A stretch of 64,000 nt of DNA from Kudoa neothunni (GCA_964304625.1 OZ199839.1:10899186-10963185), one strand, 5' to 3'; positions 11,695 through 24,600 are shown, counted from the stretch's first letter. The notes: generated by a model from the letters alone, not told the origin. Numbers and translations are program-made.

Positions 11695-13293
11695 GACAGT
11701 GGATATTCTCATGGAAACGAATAACTCCTCCGTTATAGGCGATATTTTGAATCTGACTTCATATTTGAATTGAGCTACTTTTGATTGAATTTTTTATGGA
11801 AAAATTGTGTGAAATTTAAAGAATAAAAATTTAACACTTTGTTTGCCCTATTTACATTGTTCACTAGTAGTACACTCACGTTTTTGAGTCTAATATTATG
11901 TAATATAAACATTATAATTGAAATGAAAAATAAAAACATTTATTAATAAGTAGAAACTGTTCTGTTCGTGCATTCTGTGTCACCCACCATGTCTGAATAT
12001 GTGCGTGAATCCTATTTGGTTGTGGGGCGTTCTATTACGTGAGACTATTTCTAAATTTTAGAGAACTTTGAAATAACTGAAATCTGTACGACATGTTTAT
12101 ATATTACATTAAATTGTAGAAGAGAAATTTAAGCTCCTGTAAGGTATAAAATACCAATCGCATGGAATAAGTCTGAAAAGTGGTGCCATTATTGCTTCCT
12201 ATGAAGCGCTTTTAAATTGACTTGTTCAAACTTATACCTTTTATTAACAAATATTATTTTACTGTTAAAATTTCAAAGGTGATGATTTCGAGGAAATTTT
12301 TTGGGCGGACAGCTAAACAACCATGACTAGTGGATAAGTTGATCAATTCTTCATTGGAGTGAAAATTGATTTTTCTGAGCTATTAAAATTACACATCCCT
12401 CAGTATCGGGAAACAAATGTTTACAACCTTAAAATGATATTTTTCATAACAATTCAAAATGTTCAAGGACGAATTAACCGTAATTTTAACTCCAACATTG
12501 TTTATTATAATACTTACTACATTCGTTCGTTGGCTCGCTTTACAAAAGCCAAACAAACGTACCCCAAAAATCACCATTCAAAAATTTTCATTTTATACAT
12601 TTACCCATTGAGACGATAATAGAGGGATTAATGCAGAAAATTTAGAATCACCCTTCTTGTTAAACATTGATAAATGAGTTTAAATTAATAAATATATAGG
12701 TTTACTCTTAAATTTGAACTCATAGATTCCTATATTTACAAATAGGCATCATAAAAACCTTCCTCATACTTCTGATTATAGTAAATACATTTGTAGGGAT
12801 GAAACAACGAAAATTCCCCAAAATTATGGTACAATCTTATAGATACATATGAAAAGTGATTTACATCGGTGTAAAATAGCTTTAATCCAATTGATATTCA
12901 TTAAATAACGATAATTATGTTAAATTTATATTAAAAAATGTTTAGATAGAAACGTACATACTTCGTAGGAGATTGGGGAGGACTTATTCTAAGTTAAACT
13001 GTGTGCGTTGAGACGTATTAAACTAAAGGTTTCTAACCACCATTAGATATATCCACATTTTCATTTCAATTATAATGTTTATATTACATAATATTAGATT
13101 TAAAAAGGTGAGTGAACTACTAGTGAACAATGTAAATAGGGCAGACAAAGTATTGAATTTTTATTCTTTAAATTTCGAACAGTTTTTTCACGAAAAAATT
13201 AGATTAAAAATATCTAAATTCAAATATGATATCAGATTTGAAATATCATCTATAACAGAGAAGTTATTCGTTTCCATGAGAATAGCCACCGCC
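11695..13293. mobile_element. Non-autonomous DNA element with ~235-bp imperfect terminal inverted repeats
   Basis: 11695-~11930 (gacagtggatattctcatggaaacgaataac...cattataattgaaatgaaaa) is the imperfect reverse complement of ~13057-13293 (ttttcatttcaattataatg...gttattcgtttccatgagaatagccaccgcc). It begins where similarity to the copy-1 3' flank stops. Confidence 0.8.
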
Positions 13294-13605
13294 TATTTTA
13301 AAGATAATAAATAAGTTTTATCTTTCATGCGAATGTGATTAAATGAATATTTCGCAACATCTCTGTTGACTGTATTTCTTTATTTATATGAAACATTAAA
13401 TTTTTTTAATCGAATTGTATGTAAAATATTTCATAGCAACGATAAATTAATTATTTTTATTTTATGCATTTTTGATTATTTACATATTTTGTGAAACCTA
13501 TAATATTTTGTCTTCATTAACACATGAATAGGCTTATACATACATGAATAGTTATTGTTTATTCAAACTGTGTAATACAGTCTGATTTACTTCCTATTTA
13601 CAAAT

Positions 13606-16535
13606 ATGGATAATCATTTGGCATTTTTTGTTGTAATTATTGGCCTATTATGTAATGAATTATATGAGATCACATTCTAACTTTATAATCATAGTTAATT
13701 ATAAATATTGTGCTGAAATCCCCCCAAAAGTCTCTGAAAAAGCTCTTTCATATCTTATCGCCGACAACAATAAAGTTCAACTTATTTTTTCTGGCTCAGT
13801 GTATACACCTGGCTCCCAAAAATGCCTTATAAAAAAAAACGATTCTACCGGCAGATTTATTGATATTAATACGAATAATGTAAAATGTGACACAAGAGTA
13901 ACTGGCAAATGTATCCTTACATGTACTGAAGAAAACAACAAATTGACATTCAATGAGTTATCGCCTAGAACCGAATATATTTATGTATACTCAGGAAATG
14001 ATGCAGAAACAATAAAAGTAAATACTAAAGGTGGAGATGTTTTCGGTCTTTCGATTCGTATTTTAAATAAAATCTTTTTTTATAATAAATTAAATATAGC
14101 ACTTTTGGTAAACCCAATTATCACAATTACTACAGATGCTCAGAAACTAAAGCTTGAAGCTAAAACATGTGCAAAAGTGGATTGTCCCATATATTACAAA
14201 GATGTGAAATATGCAGCTGGTACTGGAACAGATAACTGTGAAACTGCTAATACAGCAAATACAGTTGATTTTGACATTATGATACCTCATTATGAGATGA
14301 AATGCGTTAATTATCCCAATTTCTTTTACGAAATGCCAAATCCATACATGAAAAAGAATATTGACATCTATAAACCACAATATTATGTGGCATATAAAAC
14401 CGACGATAACAAAAAATATCTCTTAAAATTTACCAATCCATTCCCAGCTGAAATATGTTTTTTCAGTATTAAAGATGGAGCTGATAGCACCGATGGGAAT
14501 ATTGCTAATTATGCATCAGCGTGTGGAAATGTGGCCCCAAAGGAATGTTATGCACCTTGCGATAATGTCGAACTAACGCTCGCCGAAACTAAACCAATTG
14601 TTGAAATATTAATTCAAACTAGGCATCATAAATCAGGAAAAACTGGTTCAAATATAGAAGGTTATACAGAGAAAAAATTTGGTATTATATTAAAATAAAT
14701 TTATTAATCATAATTTATAGCTATCGTTGAGGCTGCTGGTGCAAGTACACTCTTTTCTTCACCCACAACAGTGGGCATAACTCTTAGTCCTTCTCCTTAT
14801 AATCCTAGTAATAATGGTGCAGTTAAATTCACCACTTGTGATTTAAAACATTTTCCCGCCGACATACCGAGGCCAACTGCCAATGGAGCAACAACGAAAT
14901 GCACAACCAATGATCCATGTACCAATGATTGTGCAACCAGTCACGTTATAAAAGACCTAACTGCAGGGAAAGCATACATTATTGAGATTACACCAGCAAG
15001 CATATCTACTCATAATGGCTTTAAAGAATACTTGTTTTTCAGAACAAGTAACTAATCGTATTTTTTTATAATTAAATAATAAATATGAATAGTTGCATCA
15101 TCAAACTTGGCTGACACATCTCCTACACCATCCGACGTGAGTGTTGCAGTCAAAGCGATTGATGGTGACATAAGCACGGCAGATACCGAACCAACTTGCT
15201 CATATTACATAAGTGAAACTGGTAAGGAATCATTTGTAGAAGCCGTCTGCGAGGATAGTGTTCCATGTAGAGGATTTTGTAGAGAAACAAAGAACCTGAT
15301 CAATTTAAATCCTAAAACAAGTTACGATATTAAGGTCGTTTCAAACAAAGATTATGGTATTAAAAAATATGAAAGTGTTACCACTAGTATATCTTGATAA
15401 TCGAAATTAAATTTAACTCACTTATTAGCATTTTCAACTCTTACACTTTCACGTACGTTCTTGGACAAGGGTTTTAAAGTGGTTGGTACCTTAACATCAC
15501 CATATCCAAAAGCAGTATGTCATTATAAAATTAATGTTAAAAACGATCAAACTTCAAAAGAGGTTTATTCATGTCCAGCAGTTGTTTCACCCACTCCAAA
15601 TGTTAGTCCGCCAAATTCCAACAATGGACAATCATCTAGTTCATCTCAACAACAGAAACTACAGGCATCTCATTTATTCGGTGATAATAAATTAGCTGAG
15701 ATATATGTTGCGAGAGCGGCTACTACTGAGAATAATGTTGGAAGTTCGTCTACAACCACTCAAAATACGAATGTTCCGCCAAAGATCCCATCATGCACCG
15801 AACCACCGCTTTGCACTAAGATATTATTTAGTGAGGGGTACGAAGCGGATAAAGAATACGAGGTTTTGGTGACAGCTGTAGAAAGATCAACTGAAGTTCG
15901 TATAAACATTCCCAAAAGTATTTTAAAAATATAATTTTATCTACTTTTTTTAATATTAATAATTACCATAGATTTGCCTCCAGAACAGCCTAGTGAAGCA
16001 GAAAGAGAAATATCTGTTATCATTATAAGGGAGGGTGATACACTAAAAATCTCTTCATTTCTACCCAAGAGTAAGGATGATAACGCAAAATGCAAATGGA
16101 TATTAAGAAACACAAGCGAGACATCACAGTTAATCGTGAAAAAATGCGAGACAGAACGTACTAATCGTTGCGTTCTTCCGACGTGCAAGTCCTTCACAAT
16201 TGAAAACATACGTGACGAAAATGATTATCACTTAACCGTCATTTTGGCTAATGATTCTAAAGTCTTTGGTATCGGGAAAATTAAACGAGGTATTTAAAAT
16301 CGAAGGAATAGTAATATAATTGATTATTTAGGAGAAACTTCAAATCAATCAAGGTAAATGAATTAGTAATAACAAACTATAATATATATTTAGGGCGAGT
16401 TCGACCATGTATTAGACTTGTATTTGATGTTATAAAGTTAAATCATACTTTAGGATCATTTCTATTGTCGTTCCAATTGTTATCATTGTAGTAGGAGTTG
16501 GATTTTATTTTGGTTACTGGAAGAATAAAGGATAA
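13606..16535 (+). CDS. Cys-rich FN3-like repeat type I membrane protein, array copy 3 (~845 aa, 10 exons)
   Basis: Exons 13606-13651 (MDNHLAFFVVIIGLL), 13695-14057, 14100-14681, 14721-15047, 15093-15386, 15429-15917, 15972-16289, 16332-16353, 16394-16408 and 16454-16535. Intron positions and phases are the same as in copy 2. Confidence 0.9.
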
Positions 16536-17132
16536 GCATAGACAGCTCAAATATTTATTATGAAATTAGTTTATTATTTTAACATATTTTATATTTTAAA
16601 ATAATATGTTTCGCAAAATTACAACATTACATTATTATTTTATGCAAGAAAGTTTCCATTATATGATTAATTAAAACTTTAAGATATATATTCATATGAT
16701 ATTGACAGAAAAATAATTGATTAAATATATTTATAAATAATAGATATATCATTAAATCTAAATTTAATTAATTTATTTATTTATCTAAATTCAGTAAAAG
16801 CTGTTAAAATCACTTAATCCAAAATCGAATTGTTAGGATCAGATATTAATCATATTTTTCACTATTACTAATTTTTCAAAATAAAAAGTCATTAAAATTA
16901 GCACTAAAAATACAATAGGAGTAGTTTATCTTCAATGTTTTCAATTTATAAAGAAAATAATCTAAAAATTTTATCCGCGCAGATTTAAATAAGAAAACCT
17001 TGATTACACATTACACACACACACACACACCTGAGAAACGAGGACAATTTTAAATATAAAGTAACACGTCAGTTAAGTTAGCAACCAGATAAGTGAATTA
17101 ACAAAGTAATACGTAATGTATAGAAAAGGGTG

Positions 17133-17962
17133 TTATTGAGTCAGAATTGGAGCTGAATTATCTTCTAAATGGGTATTCTAAAAAATAATAACGTTAATTA
17201 TTCAAAGATTATTGAACATAGTTAAAAATAATTATAAAAATACACGATAAGGTTTTGATCTTGAATTGGTCCAGCTGAGTCCCTAACAAATTAAAAGTAA
17301 TAATATGATCATAGATAAAAATACATATTTATGACGATTTAAAAACAGGGTCATTCCAAAGCAAAGTAACTCCACCACAAAACAAATCAGCTGTAAACAA
17401 CACACACTCACGGATATGAACATTAGATCTTTGGTGAAATTGGAACATTCTAGTATAATTTGAGCATCTTGAATGATACAATTAATTCGGTAGGTGTAAT
17501 AATGATTGAAGACGCAATAAATAATGACTCCATTAACACAAGCCATAAGAATATTTGTCAAATTCATCAATATGGCCTAAAATGTAGTATAAATAAAAGA
17601 GTATCTTTCAAATATAAAAAGAAAGCATATCAAACAGTATACGATGATAAAATGTTGAGGATAACACACATAAAGTTGGCCGAATAAAACTAGCGAAACT
17701 ACCTACATAATTAACGTTTACTTCATTACATTCAACAGTATATAAAACTAATAAAATGGAGGCTTACTATTGGAAGATTTAAAATAGATAATGTTCCCCA
17801 CGTAGAGTGGATATCGAAATAGTACACAATGAGTCCAATGAAAAGGTCGCTAATGGCAGTGACTGTGTAGAACACATGATTGTGGAAAAGTATGGTTCTG
17901 TAGGTGGTGGTTGCTCTAGGACGGTAGCAACAGCTGGATAGGCGTTGTCGAAATGTAGCCAT
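17133..17962 (-). CDS. Small multi-exon four-TM membrane protein, family unknown
   Basis: MATFRQRLSSCC...LNLPI | VVSLVLFGQLYVCYPQHFII | AILMNLTNILMAC...LFLNRHKY | GLSWTNSRSKPY.. join in frame via short GT-AG introns. There are four hydrophobic segments, with a Cys pair in the loop before TM4. The 3' end is uncertain. Confidence 0.6.
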
Positions 17963-18083
17963 ATCTTTTGTTTATTGAAAGAGAGAATAGATTTGTAGTA
18001 GTTGATGAGTTGGCTATTGTAGCTAATAATACCATCATCTAGGTAACCACCAAAACATGGAAACAAATGAACACAATAATTGT

Positions 18084-20062
18084 CTAATAAACAACTCCAA
18101 TCATATTTAGATAGAAAGGGCGAATCAGTGAGATATCTGCGCAGAGGAAAACGTTGTTTTTAGTTTGAAAGTGGATTTTATTGTTGGTTCTGAAAATGTG
18201 ATGATTTCGCAGGTGGATTTGTGGAGTGTGGAAGTATTCCAGATTATGGCATTTGACAGGTTCGCCAACAAGTTTTGTGCAATGGATCCAAAACTTGCAT
18301 ATATCTTGATATTTGGGTTGAACAACCGAAAATTCTTGTCTATATTTGTCGTTTGAGTAGAGAAGCGGGATAGGATCTTTGAATTGGTCTCCCATTCGTA
18401 TAATCTTCAAATGGTAAAACGCCAACATGTACAATTGATACAGATCGTCATACTCACCAAAAGTGGTGATAACACGAATGCCAGAATGAATTCCGAATTT
18501 ACCTTAAATAAATTAACAACAAAAACCCAAAACATAATTTACATACTTTTGGGGAATATGTTGGGTGGGCCAATCAGTACTACATCTTTGTATGTATAAA
18601 GTAAACGAGAAAAATCCAAATCCAGTAGCATTCTTTGTTCGTGGCGAGATTCTGTTCTAGTTTGTGCCGCATGGAACACATTGCAATAATCCACAATCAA
18701 ACTAGGATTATATTTTGAGCAAAACTCTTCGATTTCTATCAATTTTTGCTCAAGATATTTGTTTGTTGTTTTTTGTGAGATTCTAAAACGATTACATAAA
18801 ATATAGTTGATGGGAAAGTCATCTATATTTAAAGATACTTCCAGATATTTCCCACCAAATCTATCAACATCTCTTCAAACATCTTTAAATCTTGCCAATT
18901 CTTTAGCTCCATCAAGATATGTTGTCCACAATGAGGACATTTATTGTCCACACAACTTCTCAGTGTAAACAAGCTATCCAGGATTTTTCTGCTGGCTCCA
19001 TTAGAAATCGCCATGCAGTCAACTGATTCAATCACATTGGCATAGTTATTGTAACGGTGACACATCAACGACAAACGTTTCAGTCTACCATTAAATACCA
19101 ATTTAAATACAACGCCTAATAACTTTCATACTTTGTCATCAATGATAATTGATGCATATTAGACATAAAATTATAATAATATTGTAAATCAATAAAATAG
19201 TTATTGAACACATAAGGAAATCGATGATATCCAAGGTAGGCCCCGTATTTCACCACGAAAACAACAAAATATTCAACTGCTAATCTTAGCAAATTAAAAT
19301 CAGGATTGCATTGTCTAAGCAATAGATCTTCAAATACATCACTAAGATATTTGATGGGTATGGCGATTTGTCGCATAAATTTCTATTAAGTTGATTGAAA
19401 TTGAGTTATTAATTTGATTATTTCCAAAAAGTACTGGATTCAATCTAGTTTTTCCACCCGAGTCTATTTCGGTAAAATTTCTGAGCTGTTTTACAGTGAT
19501 ATTTACCTATTCAAAGAATGTTAATACATATAAACAACAATAATAATATTAATAGCATTGAAAATTATAAAGAATAATTCTCAAATCTTACCGGATTCAT
19601 GTCAATTACATCTTTCGCAGGAAAATAATAGCGAGGAAAATATTTTCCGATATTGGAGTTCATGTATTTTTTAAATTGTTCCATCTTCTCTTCACCACGC
19701 ATATAATTTTCCAAACATTGACATAGTAGGAGACACTTGGCAGTGTAGGGAAAAATGATTTCGTTGTTGGAGCCTTGCTTTGTTTCATTCTTTATATTGT
19801 AGTTGTCAGTGAACAACAAATTTTCTCCGACACCACGATTATGAAGAATTGCTATAGTGAAGTTATTCTCAGATTGACTGGTTTTTAGAACGCAAGCAGG
19901 AAATATATGAGTCACAGCCTTAAAATTCTCATGTCTTCGGTTCGATGATTCTGATGTGATATTATTAATGGATACACCATTTTTTGGCATGTGCACTAAT
20001 TTTCTATAGAAAATTGAAGAATTTTTTATCACGGCTGCAGATCGCAATATCTGTGGCCTCAT
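18084..20062 (-). CDS. PRORP: Divergent protein-only RNase P catalytic subunit (PRORP/MRPP3-like), probably mitochondrial
   Basis: Basic N-terminus resembling a mitochondrial presequence. Zn knuckle CPHCG; QKTT..LIEIEEF...LIVDYCNVF (cf. KTTPQEL..F..VIDGLNV); EYDDLYQLY (cf. SEDDPFLLY); YSNDKYR (cf. TRDLMR/TNDEMR); C-terminal IHF..FLCA supplies the His/Cys Zn ligands. One apparent frameshift near 19125. Confidence 0.8.
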
Positions 20063-20920
20063 TATCTACCATCTACCTCGCGCAAATTCCGACTTTAAAT
20101 TCACGTGAAAAATACCTTTTTTAAAAGGTTGATTTTAGATGTTATTTTGAAGTGACATACATAAAGATGAAAATTCAACTCAAATCTTCAAGTAAATTAT
20201 AATGCGTTTATTTATTTAACGGATTAAAATAACTTTTTTTCGCGCAAGCGTGGAATCTTGAGATAGAGTAATTTGTGGTTTAAGGTCTTGAATATTGTCC
20301 TATATTAAGAATTTATTATAGATTTTATTAATAAATAAGAACAAATAAAAGTATATTTTATTTATAGAAGCGCTGCATCTAAATGCATAAAATGACGACC
20401 ACGCAGCTTTAACAGTCATTATTTTTTAATTTTACGAAAAATTTTATCGTTATCTTTTCCAATATGCACAAAGACAAAAATTCTTTTTATTCGCATTAAT
20501 TAATAATTTTTGACATACATATACGAATTCAAATAAAATCGGATTGTACAAAATGACCGAGATCTGAAATTTTGGTTATCTCACAAAAAATGTCTCAAGG
20601 ACCGAAAGTGCCTATTTATTAAAAAGGAACCACTAAATCTATCAGCGAATACCCGAATCTACTTAATAATTGAATATAAACCTATTAACTAAAATAGAGT
20701 TAACCTTAAAGTTATTCCTTAGTCTAAAAAGGAAGCAGTTGAGTTTAGATTGAAATTATAAACAAACATTAAATTCTCGATCAAGAAGGGCGCTGACAAC
20801 AGAGAGAATGAAAACGTTCAAATTGTTTGAAAATATTGAATGTCAAAAACAAAAATTAAACAATATGCAATTGTCACCATCGGCTACATAGTAAACAGAT
20901 GAAACAATCAGATGTGTACA

Positions 20921-21388
20921 TTATTTCTTTGCGCCAAGGGGATTTTTCAATACCAAAATGACCGAATCGCCACGTAGGAATAACTTCGCAATGTATCTTT
21001 CTCGGTTTATCGGTTTCGATCCCTTCGATGATGATTTAGGTATCTGTAATACATTGAAAAGATAAATAACTAACAGATTTCAATTATTAACAACACTCAC
21101 ATCAGTCCACAACTCTTTCACATTTTCTAGCACCATATTCATATGTCTGTCAAAAGCTCTAACTCTACCTAACAATTTTCTATTGTTTCTACAGTTGACC
21201 AACACTTGAGTGTTGTTCTTAACTGATTCAGTCAGAATCGACATTGGGCCTGTGGTGAATTCCTCCTGTTCGAGTCTGTTCAACTCCTCTTCGGTCATTT
21301 CTGATTTATTGATTCTATTAAAAATTTCGATTATTAATTGTTACGTCGAACCGATGGTTTATGCAGAGTAACATTACGTGGCTGACAT
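20921..21388 (-). CDS. SNRPD2: Small nuclear ribonucleoprotein Sm D2
   Basis: Three exons (21378-21388, 21101-21314, 20921-21043): ...[55 protein letters not shown]...[20 protein letters not shown]. Confidence 0.97.
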
Positions 21389-21405
21389 GGTTGTTGTTTT
21401 CCTAC

Positions 21406-21418
21406 TGCGCACGCATGC
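21406..21418 (-). promoter_or_regulatory. GC-rich NRF1-like proximal promoter motif (GCATGCGTGCGCA)
   Basis: 17 nt upstream of the SmD2 ATG. Related motifs at 35557, 47097, 59451 and 24897. Confidence 0.55.
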
Positions 21419-21661
21419 TGTCTTTCGAAACACGTTGGATCGATCCACTGGCTTATATAGATATGGTCTGAAGTTGTGTGAAAATATTTGAACTTATCAT
21501 TTTAAAAGCTGCAGTTTTAAAAATGCTATTTAAGCAATTTTTAATATTCGTTGGCACCAGTTTTTATGTTATCAACATAGACCATGTGGTCAATTAATCT
21601 CGTCTTACGGTTCAGTTGATCAAACTTATAAGAATCTAACCAGATTAAACATGTGAATGGG

Positions 21662-24600
21662 TTAGTTTAATCCAGAGCAACATCGGACTTCGACCATAAT
21701 ACGTCTAGAAGTGTATTCGAACTCTGAATAATTTTGACCTGTGCAAAATAATGAAAATTAATTTAATCCGTTGCCGCGCATTTAATAAATGACTATTTTT
21801 ATTCTTATTTATGAAAAAACATGCATATCTAGTATTTATAAATATAACAAACAATTATTAAATATAATTAATGAAATATAGGATAAATATTTTTTGGTCG
21901 TCATACGATAGATTATAAAAGTTCTTCTTTCGATGGCGGCTGCATTATTTGATTCAGCAGATCTTCTCCTAGTATTTCTGTTCTTCTCTGTGTTCTGCCC
22001 CAACTGGATTTTTTCTGATTACCCTTTTTATATGTGTTCGAATTTGAAAGTGTTTCTGAATTAATATTATTTTTTTTTATTAAATCAAACTGCAGTAACT
22101 AGCGTCCGCAAGCAATATATCGAGTAAATATTTGCGTTGTCCCGATACCATGCTAATTTTTTTGTTTATATTAACCTTACTTGTCCAGATTTGAATCTAG
22201 TTTTGGATAGACAAATTCGAAGAATCCATAAGTTTCGGAATTCCTCTAAACATTTACAACACTTGGATCGGTGTAAAAATATTATATTTTAAAAAATTAA
22301 TATCGGCTAATATTAACGATTTTTGTGCCTTTCGGACAAATTACGTTTCGTTTTTAAGGAAAACACTCATGTATTTAGATAAATTATTTTTCTCTTATAA
22401 TTGTTGATTTAAAGACTTAGAATGTAATATTTAATTGAGTAAATGACGAAACTTCGCTTATTATAGAATTTCACCGCGGATCACCTAGTCTTAATCCCAA
22501 AATAACTTATCTAATTTCATATTTACTTTTTGTTACTATAAGCATATAAGCATATAAGCATGTCGCTAGAAGGATGTATGTGGTTCCTCCATTAAAATTT
22601 TAATTTAAATGATTTTTAAAGAGAATCAATGAATTAGTTTAAATATTGTGGAATATTTTTTGTTGTTTTACTTAACTTTGTAATTATCACAACCTATTTC
22701 TTATATTATTAAATTTGAAGGGAAAAATTTTTTAAAACAGAGCAATACAGCGAAAATTAAAAATTACATAACAGAAATAACACTACAAATCTTGTTTTCT
22801 AACAACAAATTAAGTCGAAAAAAAAGAACGTATGAACCAAATATCAAGAGTTAATTTGAACTGTGCCTTTTATATATGCCTTAAAAATGATGGTAAATTA
22901 CAAATTAGAACCAAGACACCTTTATTCATTTTAACCCGTTTATTGTTAATTTGCTGTTTCCGATTTTATACAATTACGCTGTCCGCTCGGATCAATTTTA
23001 CTTATGATTTCTTCTATTGAAATGGTTTTCATTTTGTAAATTACTTTGTTTTCATTTAAAATATGTTTTTTTATTGTTTGTATCATTAAATTCTTTCTTA
23101 ATTTTAAATAGCCGATATTTGTGCAGTATGGGACTCTGTTTTGAAGCCTACTAATGTTCTATAATCAATTTAATCGCCTATGCATAACATCTTATAAATG
23201 GATGAAAAATTGTTTAAAGCATGTCACTAAGAAATTAAAGCCATTAAGGTAGTTTTTTTCTGGAGTCCGGACGGATCCTTTTGGAACGGGAGGAATTTTT
23301 TCGCACCGTGCAGGAAGGGTTAAATTATCAAATAGCTAAACTTCTTGTATGAATTTAATTATGAGTTACTAATGACCACAATTATTGATTTATAGAATAA
23401 CTAGCGCTAACTGTCCAACTTCGTGGAGATTGGGAATATTTTATCATACACAATCGAACTCCAATTATTGTAGGTAATCGATTTTCCGTACTTATTTGAT
23501 GCGTGTGTAGACAATTCAAAATTTTTGTATTGATGTAATATAATTAAGTTCACAATTATTAACTTTTAGAAAGATTTTTATCTTTTTAACATAAATTATA
23601 GAAAATTTGGTGGCTATGCATTATGCATTTAGATCGCTATCCTTTTAAATAATGTAGTTTTTAACAGAAATACTTTTGTAGTTTGACTTTGAGAAATAAA
23701 TTGTTCATATATTGATAGATATAGTTAACTTGCTGAATTTTTTGAAAAATACAAGAATGTCATTGTATATTTAGTTTCATGGTTAAAATTTGAGCTGCAG
23801 AGACATACGTATAATTTGTAAACAATATTTTTGAAATTATTATTTTGGCAAATTTGATATATTTTTAATGTTTCATCGCCATTCTTGCTTTCTTATTCTA
23901 CTCACTTTAAATGGGATAATTTGTACTGCCTTTAATAACTCGTTAATTTTTGTGATGACAAATCAGTGAACGTATAAAATTAGCTAATAAATCATTTTAG
24001 ATGCCATTTCGAGATGTGAATTGGATTTCAGGCGTAAATTAAAGCTTATTTTTTTAAAATTTGTACATATCAAAATTATTTGACATTGTCTTGTTGATTG
24101 AGTGATATAGTCTTATATAAATTGTACTAAAAAGGCCGGTAGAAGATTTTGCAGCAATAGCACCGAATTTGTTTTACTAGTTATGGTAACAGCTTGGAGT
24201 GCATAAATGATCCCCCAAGAAAATTGAACTATTTTAAATTAATGCACGATCTATAATTATAGAAGCTCCTATATGTAATAAATTATTTTAATGGAATTCC
24301 TTTATTAATTTTTTTACATATTTAATCGTCTGTAATAAATCTATTTTCTTGATTCTAATGCCTTTGATCAATTATAAACTGAATTATAAACATTATTATT
24401 TGATCCCTCTTTTCAATGAATCCAAGCTTATTTTACATAAGGAAATCAATTCGACATTATTCATTCAGTAGTTTTCAAAGCGGAAATAGGTACGAGATCA
24501 AAAACGCCAAAGAATGTAAAAGATTTACCGGCTTTTATTCGCAAATTAAAAAAAATGGAAAAATAAAATAATTTACTTTATGTTTAGATTATTTACGTCA

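Noticed and set aside
12359-13314. ORFs inside the long-TIR element
   Set aside because: AT-rich composition with no transposase motifs. One ORF lies inside the TIR, and the opposite arm shows no corresponding ORF in the track.
17779-18066. 95-aa minus-strand ORF overlapping the 4-TM gene
   Set aside because: TTG start, no recognisable motif, and PRORP is already complete at stop 18084. The alternative frame from ATG 17962 splices cleanly.
18410-18461. Apparent intron (gtgagt...gaag) in PRORP
   Set aside because: It is open in frame and encodes the catalytic EYDDLY motif, so it is exonic.
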